A stretch of 57,314 nt of DNA from Girardia tigrina (taxonomy: Eukaryota), in contig MQRK01170105.1 of NCBI GenBank assembly GCA_001938485.1, positions 1 to 57,314 on the forward strand, read 5' to 3'. Shown here piece by piece: positions 26,346-38,412 of this stretch. The position numbers were made by a program, and so were the translations under genes. The number at the start of each line of letters is the position of its first letter. Position 1 is the stretch's first letter. A model generated the notes under the pieces. That model saw only the letters and a program-made list of their open reading frames with translations. It made no database searches and had not been told where the DNA came from.

Positions 26346-28764
26346 TCGAATTTATCTTTAATTTTTGTTTATTTCTATTTATCAAACATGACTACTAAAT
26401 CGATTATAAAACTCCAATCTTAACAGATTTTGCTTCTGTTTAATAAAATCGATTTCTAAAATCTTATCAGATATAATAGTTAGTGAGTCTGGTTTATGAA
26501 TGATGGAAATGAGTATCTAAAATTATTCATCGCACTGATAATATGAGAATATATGTTAATCTTTTTAATATCTTATTCAAATTTCGTTATTAATAAGTGT
26601 TCCTTAAAGCAAAGAAAATTTGGTTAAAATTTATTACTTATTTTGTTACTGAATTAACTAAAAAATCATGGGTCACATGTGGTTACATTCATATTATCTT
26701 ATTATAAATTTACCTGAAGGTTGAGCAAATCATTTTGGAAGCAGAAAATATATTTAAAAATATGTAGAAACATTTATCATACCGAATATTGTTTCAAAAT
26801 TAGAGAGTTTTGATTAACTAAGAATATTAATTATTATAATTTAATAAACCATACCCCAGAACATAAACCAAAGAATTATATTTGTTATTTTTCCTTATAA
26901 TATAAAAAAGAAAATAGACAGCATTTTAATACAGGTTTAATATTTTATATTATTAAATTATTTTGCTTTGAGATTATATTTAAAAAAATTTTTTTGATAA
27001 AAACAAAATTGATTTATTAAAACATTATTGCAACAATATTTTTTAAATCTAGATAACAATGTTAATGTTCAAATTATTTTTCATATTTTATAATGAGAAA
27101 GATAAAAAATTACAATATTTATATTATTTTGAATTTAATGGCAATTAAAATAGAGAAACAATAATATTACTTTTTCATTTATTTTTCATTAAATTCAAAT
27201 AGAAGATACAATTCTCTCATTAAAGTTTTGACTAAATTATATTTTTTATAGATTATTTTATATTTTAGTTTTTTTATTAATAATTCAAAAGAAAGTTCTT
27301 GTAATTATGATACAGTTATTTTTTTAATTATAAATTATTAAATGAGAAAATTATAAATTCTAAAATCTCTAGAAAAAAAGTTTTAAAAATATTTCATAGA
27401 CAAATCAGAGACTTTTATATATAGCGGAAAATACTGTTAAATAAAACAGAAAGTACGTAAAAAAGAGATTAAACCTGACAAAGTTATTTTAAGGATTAAA
27501 GCCCCTAAATCGGACGGAATGATATGAAAAAGCGAAAAGCAGAAAATATAATCATAAAATCGCATAAATTATGATTTTCTTTAAAAGATTTTCAAAACTT
27601 TTTGCAAACTATAAATGTGGTTTTAAAATAATTTTAATGAAGGAAACCTGACTAAAAACTCATTTTCTGTTAGTAAATAAAATCATATAAGTAAATACAA
27701 TCCAAATAAGCTAGAAAATAAAGGATTAAAAATTAAAAATTAAAAAATCCTCCTTCCAAAAATTTTATTGAATTCTAGCATAACATAAGTAACAAAAACC
27801 GATAATATTTTCAACGTTCACAGTTTAATAAAATAATCTGTCATTAAAAAATTTATTTTAAAATTTGATTTTTTAAAACTTTATTTATTTTTAAATTAAA
27901 TATAAATTATATAAATTATACATTATATAATAAAATTATAGAAACTTAATCATAAAAAATAATTAATTAAATAAAGAGGGAAATGTAACATGATTAATTT
28001 GTGATTAAAATATTCAATTAATTTTTATTAATAAATTGGAATAATAATAATTAAAATTAATTAATATTTATGTTCTCATAATTTACCGAGATTTACAGAA
28101 TAAAAAAATTCCCTAAAGTATTTTTAATAAATGAAAGCAGACTTTAACATATATATTTGTTTAATTTACGAATTTATAATAATTACAATTTATAATTACA
28201 ATATTTATGTTAATTAATCTAAAACAACATTTTATATATTTAATATTTTAAAACCAGGATCAGTTTAGATATAAATAAATTAATAAAAGAAAATAATTTT
28301 CTCCTTTTAATGGGAAGAAGGAAGACTGAATGTTGAAGAAGAATATTTTTTTATATTTCGGAAATTGTTTTTTTTAGAATTAGGAGGAAAGTATCAAATT
28401 TTACCTCAATAAAACTCTTGGAGGTCAAGCAACAAATTACTTATATTAACAACATCAATATGAGTTTTACAACATTTATTAATATTCATTATTTGACATT
28501 TTTCTTGATCCATATATTTCTGAGTTCATACTAATTATTTTCAATAAATGAAAATCCGTTAATAAAAATTATTAATTATAAAGAATCTAATTGGTTAAAA
28601 TTAAATCTAAACATTTTTTAAAAAAGAACATATTAAATTAATATATTAAAATTTTAAATTACATTAAAAAAATAAATAATAAATTCAAAAATTATTTTAA
28701 ATCTTTTTACTTTAAAATTAAATTAAATTATTTTTAATTAGTAGGAATCAAAGAAAATACCAAT

Positions 28765-28870
28765 CAGTCATCTGTGTAGGAGAGGCACAATCCGAATCAA
28801 CATTCTACATGCACAATATCAACACACAATTCAAAACATTCCTCACAACTTACTTGTCCACAATCAAATC
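28765..28870. repeat. Dispersed repeat fragment, homologous to 330-430
   Basis: Shares the catctg..taggagaggcacaatcc..atcaacat and attcctcacaa motifs with 330-430. Confidence 0.55.
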
Positions 28871-29763
28871 TTTATTAAATTTCACAGAAGCATAAAGCTA
28901 ATAAATTCTTAACGATGTCAAATCTCTTTCTTGATACTCTTACCACTTAATTACTTTTTTTTATATTTTACAAAGGTTATTAAAATGTATTACAAAGTCA
29001 TTTGTAATCTTCATTTCTTTTCATTTTGTTTTTTTTTATTTATCCCTGAAGATTGAAACAGATAATTCCACAAAAAAAAGCTTTTAAGAAAAAAGATTCT
29101 TTGTATAATATTTATAAATTTTATCTTACTACGATTCAAATAGAAAAATATAATTGTTCATTCCAAAGTCTTAACGGAAAGATTCTATCTATCTTACCTC
29201 TTTATTCTTTATAATGCACATTATATAATATTATCACAATCAAATATTTCTCTAATTTATACTATTTTTATTTTGAGATATGTAATTTCTGAACACAAAA
29301 CCAAAAAATTTTATTATTTTATCTATTTGTAAATTCTTTTGTAAAATTCTTTTCTTTTTGAAGAAATTTATCATTATCTTTCCTAAACATTTAACATTGT
29401 TTATTATAAAACATTTTAATGCCTCAAAATTTGGGTGTTATCCGTGAATGATTGTTTTTCATTACAATAGATTTGATTAAAAAGAAACAAATGAAAAATA
29501 AAACATATTTTTATCTTTTTTGTTGTAGAAAAACGTAGTTGTTAATAAATTATAATCAGTTTACAAATTAATTTTGAAACTTAGATCATAATACTGTATC
29601 GACCTTATCAAATACTATTCTTAATACTTAATGAAATACGATAATTTTTGGAATTCTAACAGTGGAAATACGTACTCAAAAACTGAAGATTTACCGTGAG
29701 TTAGAACTGATTTTCTTATGAGTCTTCAATGGTTTAAATAAATAATAACTTAAAAAAAATATT

Positions 29764-30480
29764 TTAGGTCGTCAAATATGAAATTTGTAGAACTGAAGTC
29801 AAGTTTATTGATAATTTACGAATACAAATATTTTTCATTAATCTCAGTATGCAACCATATCGACACACTTTTCCATTTGAGCGACAGCTTGTGAGGCCAT
29901 TTGAATAAAGATTTTGTTGGGGAAAATCTATAAATTTCTGGAAGTTCACTTTTATGGCATCTTCGGAATTGAATTGTCTTGGAGCACGATCGAAGTTGAC
30001 GTGTTTACAAAACACGGCTGTGTTTCTTTGAGTTTTTGCATCGTATTTTTTAGTTGCTTTCAGTAGGCATCTTCTGTGATCAAAAAATCAGATTTCATTA
30101 AGACTCACGATCAGCTTCTATTGATGAATGTAGTAATTTACACTATGTTTTGGGGCTTCATTCCTATTCATTCACCTTGTTGAACGTTTGCAATTATCAT
30201 ATTAGATCGACTTTTTGTCACATCGATTAAAAATGTGATAAATTTTATAAAGAAAAAGCATCATACAGCAACGTTCAAATACTTTCGTTTCTGCCTTTCC
30301 TTCAAATAATGTGGTATCTAATTATTCACCCGATGTTAGACAAGTAATTTAATATTGTTTGCTTTGTAACAGCAAACATTGGTGATAAATCAAGAGCACT
30401 CTGTGATGCATTCGACTCCATGGTTACTTTCATTTAGAATATTATGGGTCGACAATTCTCAAATTGCTAGGAAAATGAAT
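29764..30480 (-). mobile_element. Decayed mariner transposase with one TIR
   Basis: Minus strand VTKQTILNYLSNIG...CDKKSI*YDNCKRSTR*MNRNEAPKH...IHQ*KLIVS (compare CDEKWIxYDNRKRSxQW...PK...HQKKxMV), then AY*KQLKNTMQKLKETQP and FNSEDAIKVNFQKFID..LYSNGL. TIR-like ttaggtcgtcaaatatgaaat at 29764. Confidence 0.8.
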
Positions 30481-32392
30481 TTGTGGACCTCATACAGAAG
30501 TAAGTAATGCAAAAGGGATAATGTATCAAGAAATAAATCTCTTTTGCATTGAAACTTTGAAAAAAATATCATTTTATTCTGGTTTTCTTTCCTTGAAAAG
30601 TGTTCGCTGATTTCCTTCATAAAGACTTCTGTTCAAGTTGATTCAACAATTTTTTCACTATTTCAATCGCTTAACCACTTTGAGTAAACTCTGTAAAGTC
30701 TTGTAAAGTTCATGTCATTTTGAGAACTCGATTCACAGCCTCAAATTTTACCAAATTTCTTTGACCGTCTTTACCTTAAACTAGAATATCTGTTCGATGA
30801 TTGCTCATCCAATCTCAATCACATACATAGCAACTTCTCAGATCAGCCCTTGTTCTAATCACCAAAATCCCCATTCTATGGCGCCAATTTTGAACTCAAC
30901 GCGTCTATCGGCCTCCATGGTACATCAATATGATCTGTGATTGACACCGTTATTCTAACAGATTCAAAGCTCAAATATTTGAGCTCTATAATTATGTCCT
31001 ATGTAAATAATATTGGTGTTTTTTAATTAAAACATTCTATTAGTAGAAATTAAATTTTCCGAAAAAATTATAAATTTAACACTTGTGATAACAAAAGTCT
31101 TTTTCTTACAAGTAAAAAATTAAATAAAAAGGCATTGTAAGAGATTAATACTTTTTATTATTATATTGAAAATTTATTTTAATTAGCTTAGAATAAAATA
31201 TATTTTATTAATAAAAACCATAAATAAATAAAATAATAAATTAGATAAAAAAAATGATAGAAATTTTTTTAACAAAAGAAAAAAATCTGAAACAGAATTG
31301 TTTCCATGAATTATTGTTGAAAAAAACAATACTCTTCTATTCAATTTATTAATTAATATTTCATTAAAATGTGGAATTGTTTTATTTTATTATTTTATCA
31401 ATTTCTTTTTCTCTACAATGGTTAATATTATATTTTTTCTATGATTTTATTGTCTAAATTTTCATTTCCCCAGGTAACAATAAATAATAATTACAGAAAA
31501 ACTTTATAAAATATGTGTTTATTAATATGCTTTTCCAAAATAATAACGTGAATTAGTTCAAAAATATTTTTAATAGATTTTTAAATATTTTTGATATTTA
31601 TTTTCATAAATGTATCAAAAAACATAAAAAAGATAGTCAAATATTTGTTTATTTTATTAATTTATTTTAAGTTTAATTTGAAATTTATTTAATATTATTT
31701 CTTTTAAAATCAATGCAACGTTTGTTAACAAACTTTTTGAAATATAATATTTTATTTTAATTTAATCATAAATTAAATAAATTTTCTATATAGCAGAAAT
31801 AAATATTTTATTGATTTATTAATATTAACATTCTCTTTCATTATTTTGATACAATATTTTTATAATTATTTTTGTCGATTTGTAAATTATTTTATTAGTT
31901 AAAGAAACAACTCATGTTCACATATGTTAGTGATAAAAAAACTGAGTCAATTAAAAATATAAATCGATTAAGGGTACCCAAAATTAATCAATATTTAATG
32001 CATGCTAAAATTTTGATATTATTTTGATATTATATTTTTAAATATATATTTTTTTAGTGTCTTAAAAAGAATTTTTAGTAACATAAAACTATAAATGCAC
32101 TTAACGGTTTTAAAAAACTTAGTTTTATTTTACAGAATTAGAACGTCTTATGACTCATCTGCGGCGTCGCGTACTCATCAATCATAAAATCAAAAAAACA
32201 AAAATTATCAATCAGCAACGATCAGTTAATGTAATGAAAAGAGTGAAATTAAAAATTTTCACTAATTGACTCAGATTGTTCTGATTAGCGAGGCAATCGA
32301 TTCGAAAATTTCAAATTTCCCAAAAAGGCACCCTCCAAATAATGCCCGACAATCTACATTTACACATGCACACTATGTCAATTCAAATACAC

Positions 32393-32790
32393 CAGTAGCG
32401 TCGCTAGGCGATGCTGGGGAAGCGGACCGCACCAAGTGACACAATCTCAGAGGGTGTCACCAAATGAAAAATAAATCGCGGAAATAACCCGACGTTAAGC
32501 TAAGGTTAACTAAAAAACACAGGTTATTCAGAGTCCATGACGTCAGTTTCCGGTTTAGAAATATTAAGTCATTTTATGTTGATTTGACTTTACCAGTAAT
32601 TTTATGCTATGATAAAGTAACGCACGCGTTCGTTGACTTGTTGTGAAATCATTCAAACGGAGCCGGTACATAGATGCTGTAGATAACCTACAAAAATGCA
32701 TTTACAATACATGTTGGGCGGATTGGGCTCCACTGCCTTCCCACTCAGAATAAATGTGAAGGGGTGACACCAACCCTAGCGACGCCACTA
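32393..32790. mobile_element. 398-bp non-autonomous hAT-type MITE
   Basis: TIRs cagtagcgtcgctagg / cctagcgacgccacta. Perfect 8-bp TSD aaatacac (32385-32392 and 32791-32798). Subterminal gtgacac repeats. Confidence 0.9.
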
Positions 32791-33765
32791 AAATACACTA
32801 AACCAGAACAAAGAAGTTTTTGTTCAAGTTTAAATTTTAACCCAAACTTTGAAAAATTTTAATATTTTAAAATAATAATTGTTTGGGATTCAAATTTTGG
32901 TTATTATTATATGTTGTTTCTATTAATATTATACTCAATTGAAAATATTTCATCTTTTTTCTACTATCGAAAGTTCAATTTAATCCTTTAGATGTAAAAT
33001 ACCAAGGAGATGAATGATAGTTAGGGGTAGTGAGGGAGAACTCTCATTTTTACACTACTATCGTCCATTTACAGTCAAATCTCCATCAATTTTATCTCCT
33101 CCCTGCTCATTAACATACAACTCATCCAAATACAATTTTCCTAATTTATTCACATACATTTCTTTTTACAAAATATAAATATTACTAGTAATAAATATTA
33201 AATAAAATAGAACAAAAAAGTAAAAGTAAAAAAATTCATTTTGTTTGAGTTGAATTGTGGTGTGATTTCGAGTTGAGTCACGTGAATGTTGTGACATCAA
33301 CATTATGCTTCCATTTGGTCAAAGCTGATTGACCGATGATGAAATCGATTCGTTAAAACAACAACAACTAATTTGATTTCGTCACAATAAAGGAAAGGGG
33401 ATCAATGACGGGGTAGTTTGGATTGCGTTTTCGTTTTGCGTCGAAAAATGATGAAAAACAATGACGATGATTATAATGTCGATAAAAAATTCGATTGAGA
33501 GTAAAAAATTCTTGTAAATTGGTGGTGAGCAGTTTTTTACGCGTCATCAGAAATATTTTGTTGATAATTTTACTCGCTGAAACCATTTTTTTGGTATAAT
33601 TGTGATACTGTTGTTCTTATTATTTTTTGAGTTCGAGTGATTCAATTTGATGATTTATGTGAATTGAGAGTACGGTATTCGAATCCGACTTGTCGAAACA
33701 TTTTGAACTAATAAAACTTTTCTGAGCTGAATTCAAATTGAATTATTTTTCAATAAATGTTCGAC

Positions 33766-33882
33766 GTAACCCGTCAGATTATCTATTCAATGGGCCAAGC
33801 ACGATAGCGAAAATTATTATCCGATGTGTATTGATGCTATCTCCTTCCGATTCTCGGGGTAACCTGAGGATCGGGTGGAACA
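33766..33882 (+). other. Unassigned structured repeat, copy A
   Basis: GUAACCCGUCAGAUUAUCUAUUCAAUGGGCCAAGCACGAUAGCGAAAAUU...GAUGCUAUCUCCUUCCGAUUCUCGGG-GUAA-CCUGAGGAUCGGGUGGAACA. Confidence 0.75.
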
Positions 33883-33965
33883 AAAAAGTTTTTTTAATTT
33901 AATTATTTAATATTTATATATTAGATTATGTATTTACATTATAAATATATATATATATGTATATA

Positions 33966-35338
33966 TCCTGCCCCCCCCAAAAGTCTTCACTCAGTACCTT
34001 TTTCATACTTTTAACTGGTCGTAATGAATTCTTTAACATTTAAACCCAAATAGAAAACAGAAGACAAAAGAGGCAAAGGAAAATTAGTATATAGTACAGT
34101 TTTCTTTAGCTCCTATGACTGTTCCTACGCGGTTTGACATAGAATCGACCAATTTTTTCAGGAGCTGTGGAAGAATATTTGCCCATTCTTTCCGCAGCTG
34201 AAGTTCTATTTCAGTGGGATTCCTTAGAAGCACCTGCCTTTTACGAACGAGTCGGTCTACTTCATCACATAGGAATTCGATTGGGTTCAAATTGGGGCTT
34301 TGTGGCATCCATTCCAGTACATTTATGTCACTTATTTCGAAGAAATCCTTAATGAGATGCGACGCATAGATTTGTGCCATAACGTGTTAGAAGAGCATAT
34401 CGGCAATTTCTGAGAGGAATGGAAGCGCTTCGTGTTCAAGGATTGCTCGGAACTCCATGGAATTCATGTTGTTAGTACACTTGACCAATGGGCCAGTACC
34501 CTTGACTGTGAAGTAACTCCAAAACATTATGGAGCCGCCGCCGTACTTGACTGTTGGAAGAACAAAATCAGGATGAAATCGTTCATCATTGCGCCGCCAT
34601 GGAAATTATCGTCCATCGGAATGGAAGAGTGTAAAACGGGACTCATCGCCCCATATAATTTTCTGCCAATCAGCAGAAGTCCAGATACGTCTGGCATTGC
34701 ACCAACGAAGACGCCGCATGCGAATGGCTTCTAAAATAAATGGTTTTCTTGCACATACTCTCCCGTAGAAATCCAAGAAATGCAGATTTCGGCGAACTGT
34801 ATACATGCTTGCCTGTTTGTGGCCTGCGTTGTACTCAGCAGTGATATGCGCCAAGGGCATGTCCCAGTTCTGCTTCAGAAGTCGAACAAGCTGTCGTTGG
34901 TCACGATTGCCCAAACATTTTGGTCGGTAAAATCGCTTCTTGTTTACATGACTGTACGTGCTGCGATACTTTCGGAGAAATGAATCAATTGTTAATTTTG
35001 GGTGACCAGTTAGTTGTGAAATTTCACTCTGAGATTTGTTGCACAGATGGAAGCCATAGATGATGCCCTTCTCAAAGTCCGTAAGCTCCTTTCGTAATTC
35101 CATGCTTAGCAATATAGTGAATAATGGTGAAATAGAAAAACGCTTCGTGCAATATCATTTCTGAGAAGTCTATTTTTAGAGAACCAATAGGATAACAGTA
35201 TAAACTTTGTCATTTCAATATACTGATAGTATGACAGCCTTATAATTCTTTGATTTAAGATGACTTTCCCAATACACTCATATAACATCAGGAAAGAGTC
35301 AAATACGCTTTTGACCGATGACTTTTGGTATGGCAGAG
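33966..35338 (-). mobile_element. Near full-length Tc1-family (DDE) DNA transposon; transposase frameshifted
   Basis: ORF 34606-35112 gives the HTH through ARKPF...WQKIIWGDESRF. A middle frame gives PTVKYGGGSIMFW. ORF 34084-34380 gives LEWMPQSPNLNPIEFL. Imperfect TIRs tcctgccccccccaaaagtc / gacttttggtatggcagag are flanked by TA. Confidence 0.92.
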
Positions 35339-35556
35339 TATAAATATCTCAGTAAGGAGGAGGAAAATAAAATTCATACATAAGTATTATATAATTCTTA
35401 TAAAATTCATTCAGAGTAACCAAAAACGATACAAAGATTGATTCTGAACTTTTGAAGGGAACGACATCGATATAAATAACAAAGGTTTACGAAATAGATT
35501 GTATAATCATCCAATTCATATAAAGAAGCAGTAAAAAATATTCAGAGACATAAACA

Positions 35557-35590
35557 TGACGGTAAAACTGTCGAAATATAATATCATAAA
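35557..35590 (+). repeat. 3' half of a Penelope-type hammerhead (CUGA box lost)
   Basis: tgacggtaaaactgtcgaaatataatatc resembles 17687-17715. Confidence 0.45.
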
Positions 35591-36505
35591 ATATATAATG
35601 AAATAGCGTTCCTTTTGTTTCTTAAAAAAATACAGTTATCTTTAAAATTTATTTTACAAAACTTATAAAAATTGATTTATTTTAGAATATCGATATTGTC
35701 GGAATGATTACTAAAACTTGTTCAAATTTTGTTTGTTTTAAATACACATCAATAGCTTGTCTTATAACTAATATTTTTACTTCGATGAATTTGAATATTA
35801 ATGTAACGAACACTTAATAATTTGTTAGTAAAAAATATCAATATAGAAATTACATATAATTGTTTTGAAAATTAGTTTTTTTGTATAATTTTAAAAACAG
35901 GAAGATACTTATACTTTACGTTTTCACTTTTAGACAAAAATACGAAAACCTCAAGATAAAACTCATTTTTTTTAATTTCATGTCACAAAATTCAAAAAAA
36001 GATTTTTATTTTAAAATTTGCTTTTAATTCAACAAACAACTCAATCTGTAAAAAGTATATAAAAATGGACAACAACAACAATATGGCAGAATAATTAATA
36101 AATATGAAGTTACAAAACATTGGCAAGAAATGATAATTTTAATTATCTCTGTATTCCACAAATGTAATTTTGTTTTACCTGAAACTGGAGTCCATTTACA
36201 AGACATGAAATCATGTTAAAATAAAATCAAAATATTTATATAAAACAATATATACGCTCTGAAAAATTAAAATATATATCCACCACTGTTGGGTTCTTGA
36301 TCAATATTAGAATTCATAACACCAAAAATTTATTAATAACACAAATAACAATTATTTAAACAATTTTTCTTGAGGAACTTTTGTTTTCTTTTTTTCTGAC
36401 CAGATTTCTTATACATAAAAATATGGAATTATAAATAATGATAAGCCATTTATTAAAATGAAATTTTAGAAATTATTATTTTTATTATTTATAACTATTA
36501 TTTTT

Positions 36506-36762
36506 TTATTTTAGAATTACAATTCTCAAAATTAAAATTCAAAATATTATTCTTATTTTAGAAATAGAATTTTTGAATTTGAAATACAAAATATTATTCT
36601 ATTTCAGAATTACAATTCTGAAATTTAAAATACAAAATATTATTCTTATTTTAGAAATACAATTTTCAAATTTTAAAATACAAAATATTATTTTATTTCA
36701 GAATTACAATTCTGAAATTTAAAATACAAAATATTAGTCTTATTTTAGAAATACAAAAATAT
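36506..36762. repeat. AT-rich minisatellite, ~46-48 bp unit, ~5.5 copies
   Basis: Unit ttatttYagaaWtacaattYtSaaatttaaaatacaaaatattattc, with alternating A/B variants. Confidence 0.85.
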
Positions 36763-38412
36763 TAGCAATATTTAAATTTATTATTATCTAATAGAGATTA
36801 TTTACAAAAATTAATTATTCAAAAATTTAAAGAATGAGCCCGTCCTTCACAACCACTAAGGGTTGTTTTTATGTGGTCAGAATTTTGTGGGTTCCTAAAA
36901 TCTGGAAGATGAATTGTAACATTATTTTTAAAACTTTAAAATTATTAAATAAAATTTTGTAACAAAAATAAATAAAATATAATTTAAAAGCAAAACTTCA
37001 TCAATTAAGAAATCGCATAATTAAAACAAAATCAAGATACAATCGTTTCCTTATAATTTTATTACCGTTTTAACACTTTTGACAAACTCCTGATTAGTTT
37101 TTCATCATAAACTCATCATTTGCGGACACGTTTTTTAATAAATAAATGGTGCTGAGATTGACTTACTCTCGACATTTGACATCTTTCCTCTCAAACTAAA
37201 TGTCAAAATGTCTTTAAATATCTGAAGCTGTTCACGATATTCGTTTAATAGATATAATGGGTTGAAAGTCAGAAAAAACATTTTTGTTAAAATTTTGTAT
37301 CATATATTAAATTATAACAATTTTAAAATTAAATAAAATTTAGTGAGTTCTTCTTATTAATACAGAATCATGGTAAGTAGAGAACGATAGCGAAATATCA
37401 GCACAATTCAACGGGGCCCCTTAGGCATTTTATATTAATTCTTTTCCGTTAATTTAAACTAGAAAATTATTATTTGAAGAAAAATAATTTTCCGGACATG
37501 GCTTAAGTTTTATGAACTTTTCTATTAAATTTTTGTTTAATTTATTTTGATTATAATTCTTATTATTATTAAAGTTTTTTAATTTAATTTTTTACAACTA
37601 GCTTTGCCAATAAGAAATGACTTTCGATTGAGCCGAAATCTAATCCTGGCGAGAAAGCGACTAACAAAGAGAACGTCCTGCCAAACGATATTTCTTGCTC
37701 TGAGTCATTATTTTCAAGAAGAGTTACCATTGATCTCTAATTTGTGCATAATACTGTCTATACCATGCCGAAGAAAGTTTGAGATTATAAAGGATATTTT
37801 ACAAAATACTGAATATTATAAATCTATTGGGCTCTCTTTATCAAATTCTTGAAACTAAATTGTTATTTCATTGTTCTACGTTCTGTTGCTTCATAGAAAA
37901 GAGTTATTTAACGAATATAGTCTAAAAAATGGTTTTCGGATACTTTTGCAAAGGCAGAAGAGTATAGGGGGCCAGGCCTTAATTTCCAGGACTGGTATTT
38001 CTTCCATAAGGCCATGACTTATTTAAGGGACATTTTAGTAAGACACAAAGTGTACGTGTTAATCTAGAATTTAAGCAACACATACAAAAAAAACAAGATA
38101 TCGGATTAAATGTATTAAATTATAACTTTAAAAATATGAAATTTTGCTGAAGTAAAGTTGTAATTCACTTAACGGATATCGCTAAACTGACTTTCAGCTT
38201 AAAATTATATATATATTATTAGTTTTGCATAAAGGTATAGAAGTCTTTATTAAAAATAATTTTTTCAACAGTCCCTTAATAAGTATATTAATAATTATAA
38301 AAATAAATCATAATCATTTTATGATAATGTTTTCTATATTTTACAAACTAAAATATTATATCTTAAACATCAAAATTTGATATTTTAATTTAATTAAAAA
38401 TATTATTTTTAG

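Noticed and set aside
33835-33882. H/ACA snoRNA or HDV reading of the four-copy motif
   Set aside because: ACA follows the hairpin, but there is no H box or clear pseudouridylation pocket. For HDV, the P1' strand and C-containing J4/2 are missing.
36506-36762. CRISPR-like periodicity
   Set aside because: Units are tandem without unique spacers, there are no cas genes, and the context is eukaryotic.
37384-37430. acgatagcgaaa and ggggcccc resembling parts of the four-copy motif
   Set aside because: Boxes are in the wrong order and there is no GNRA hairpin.
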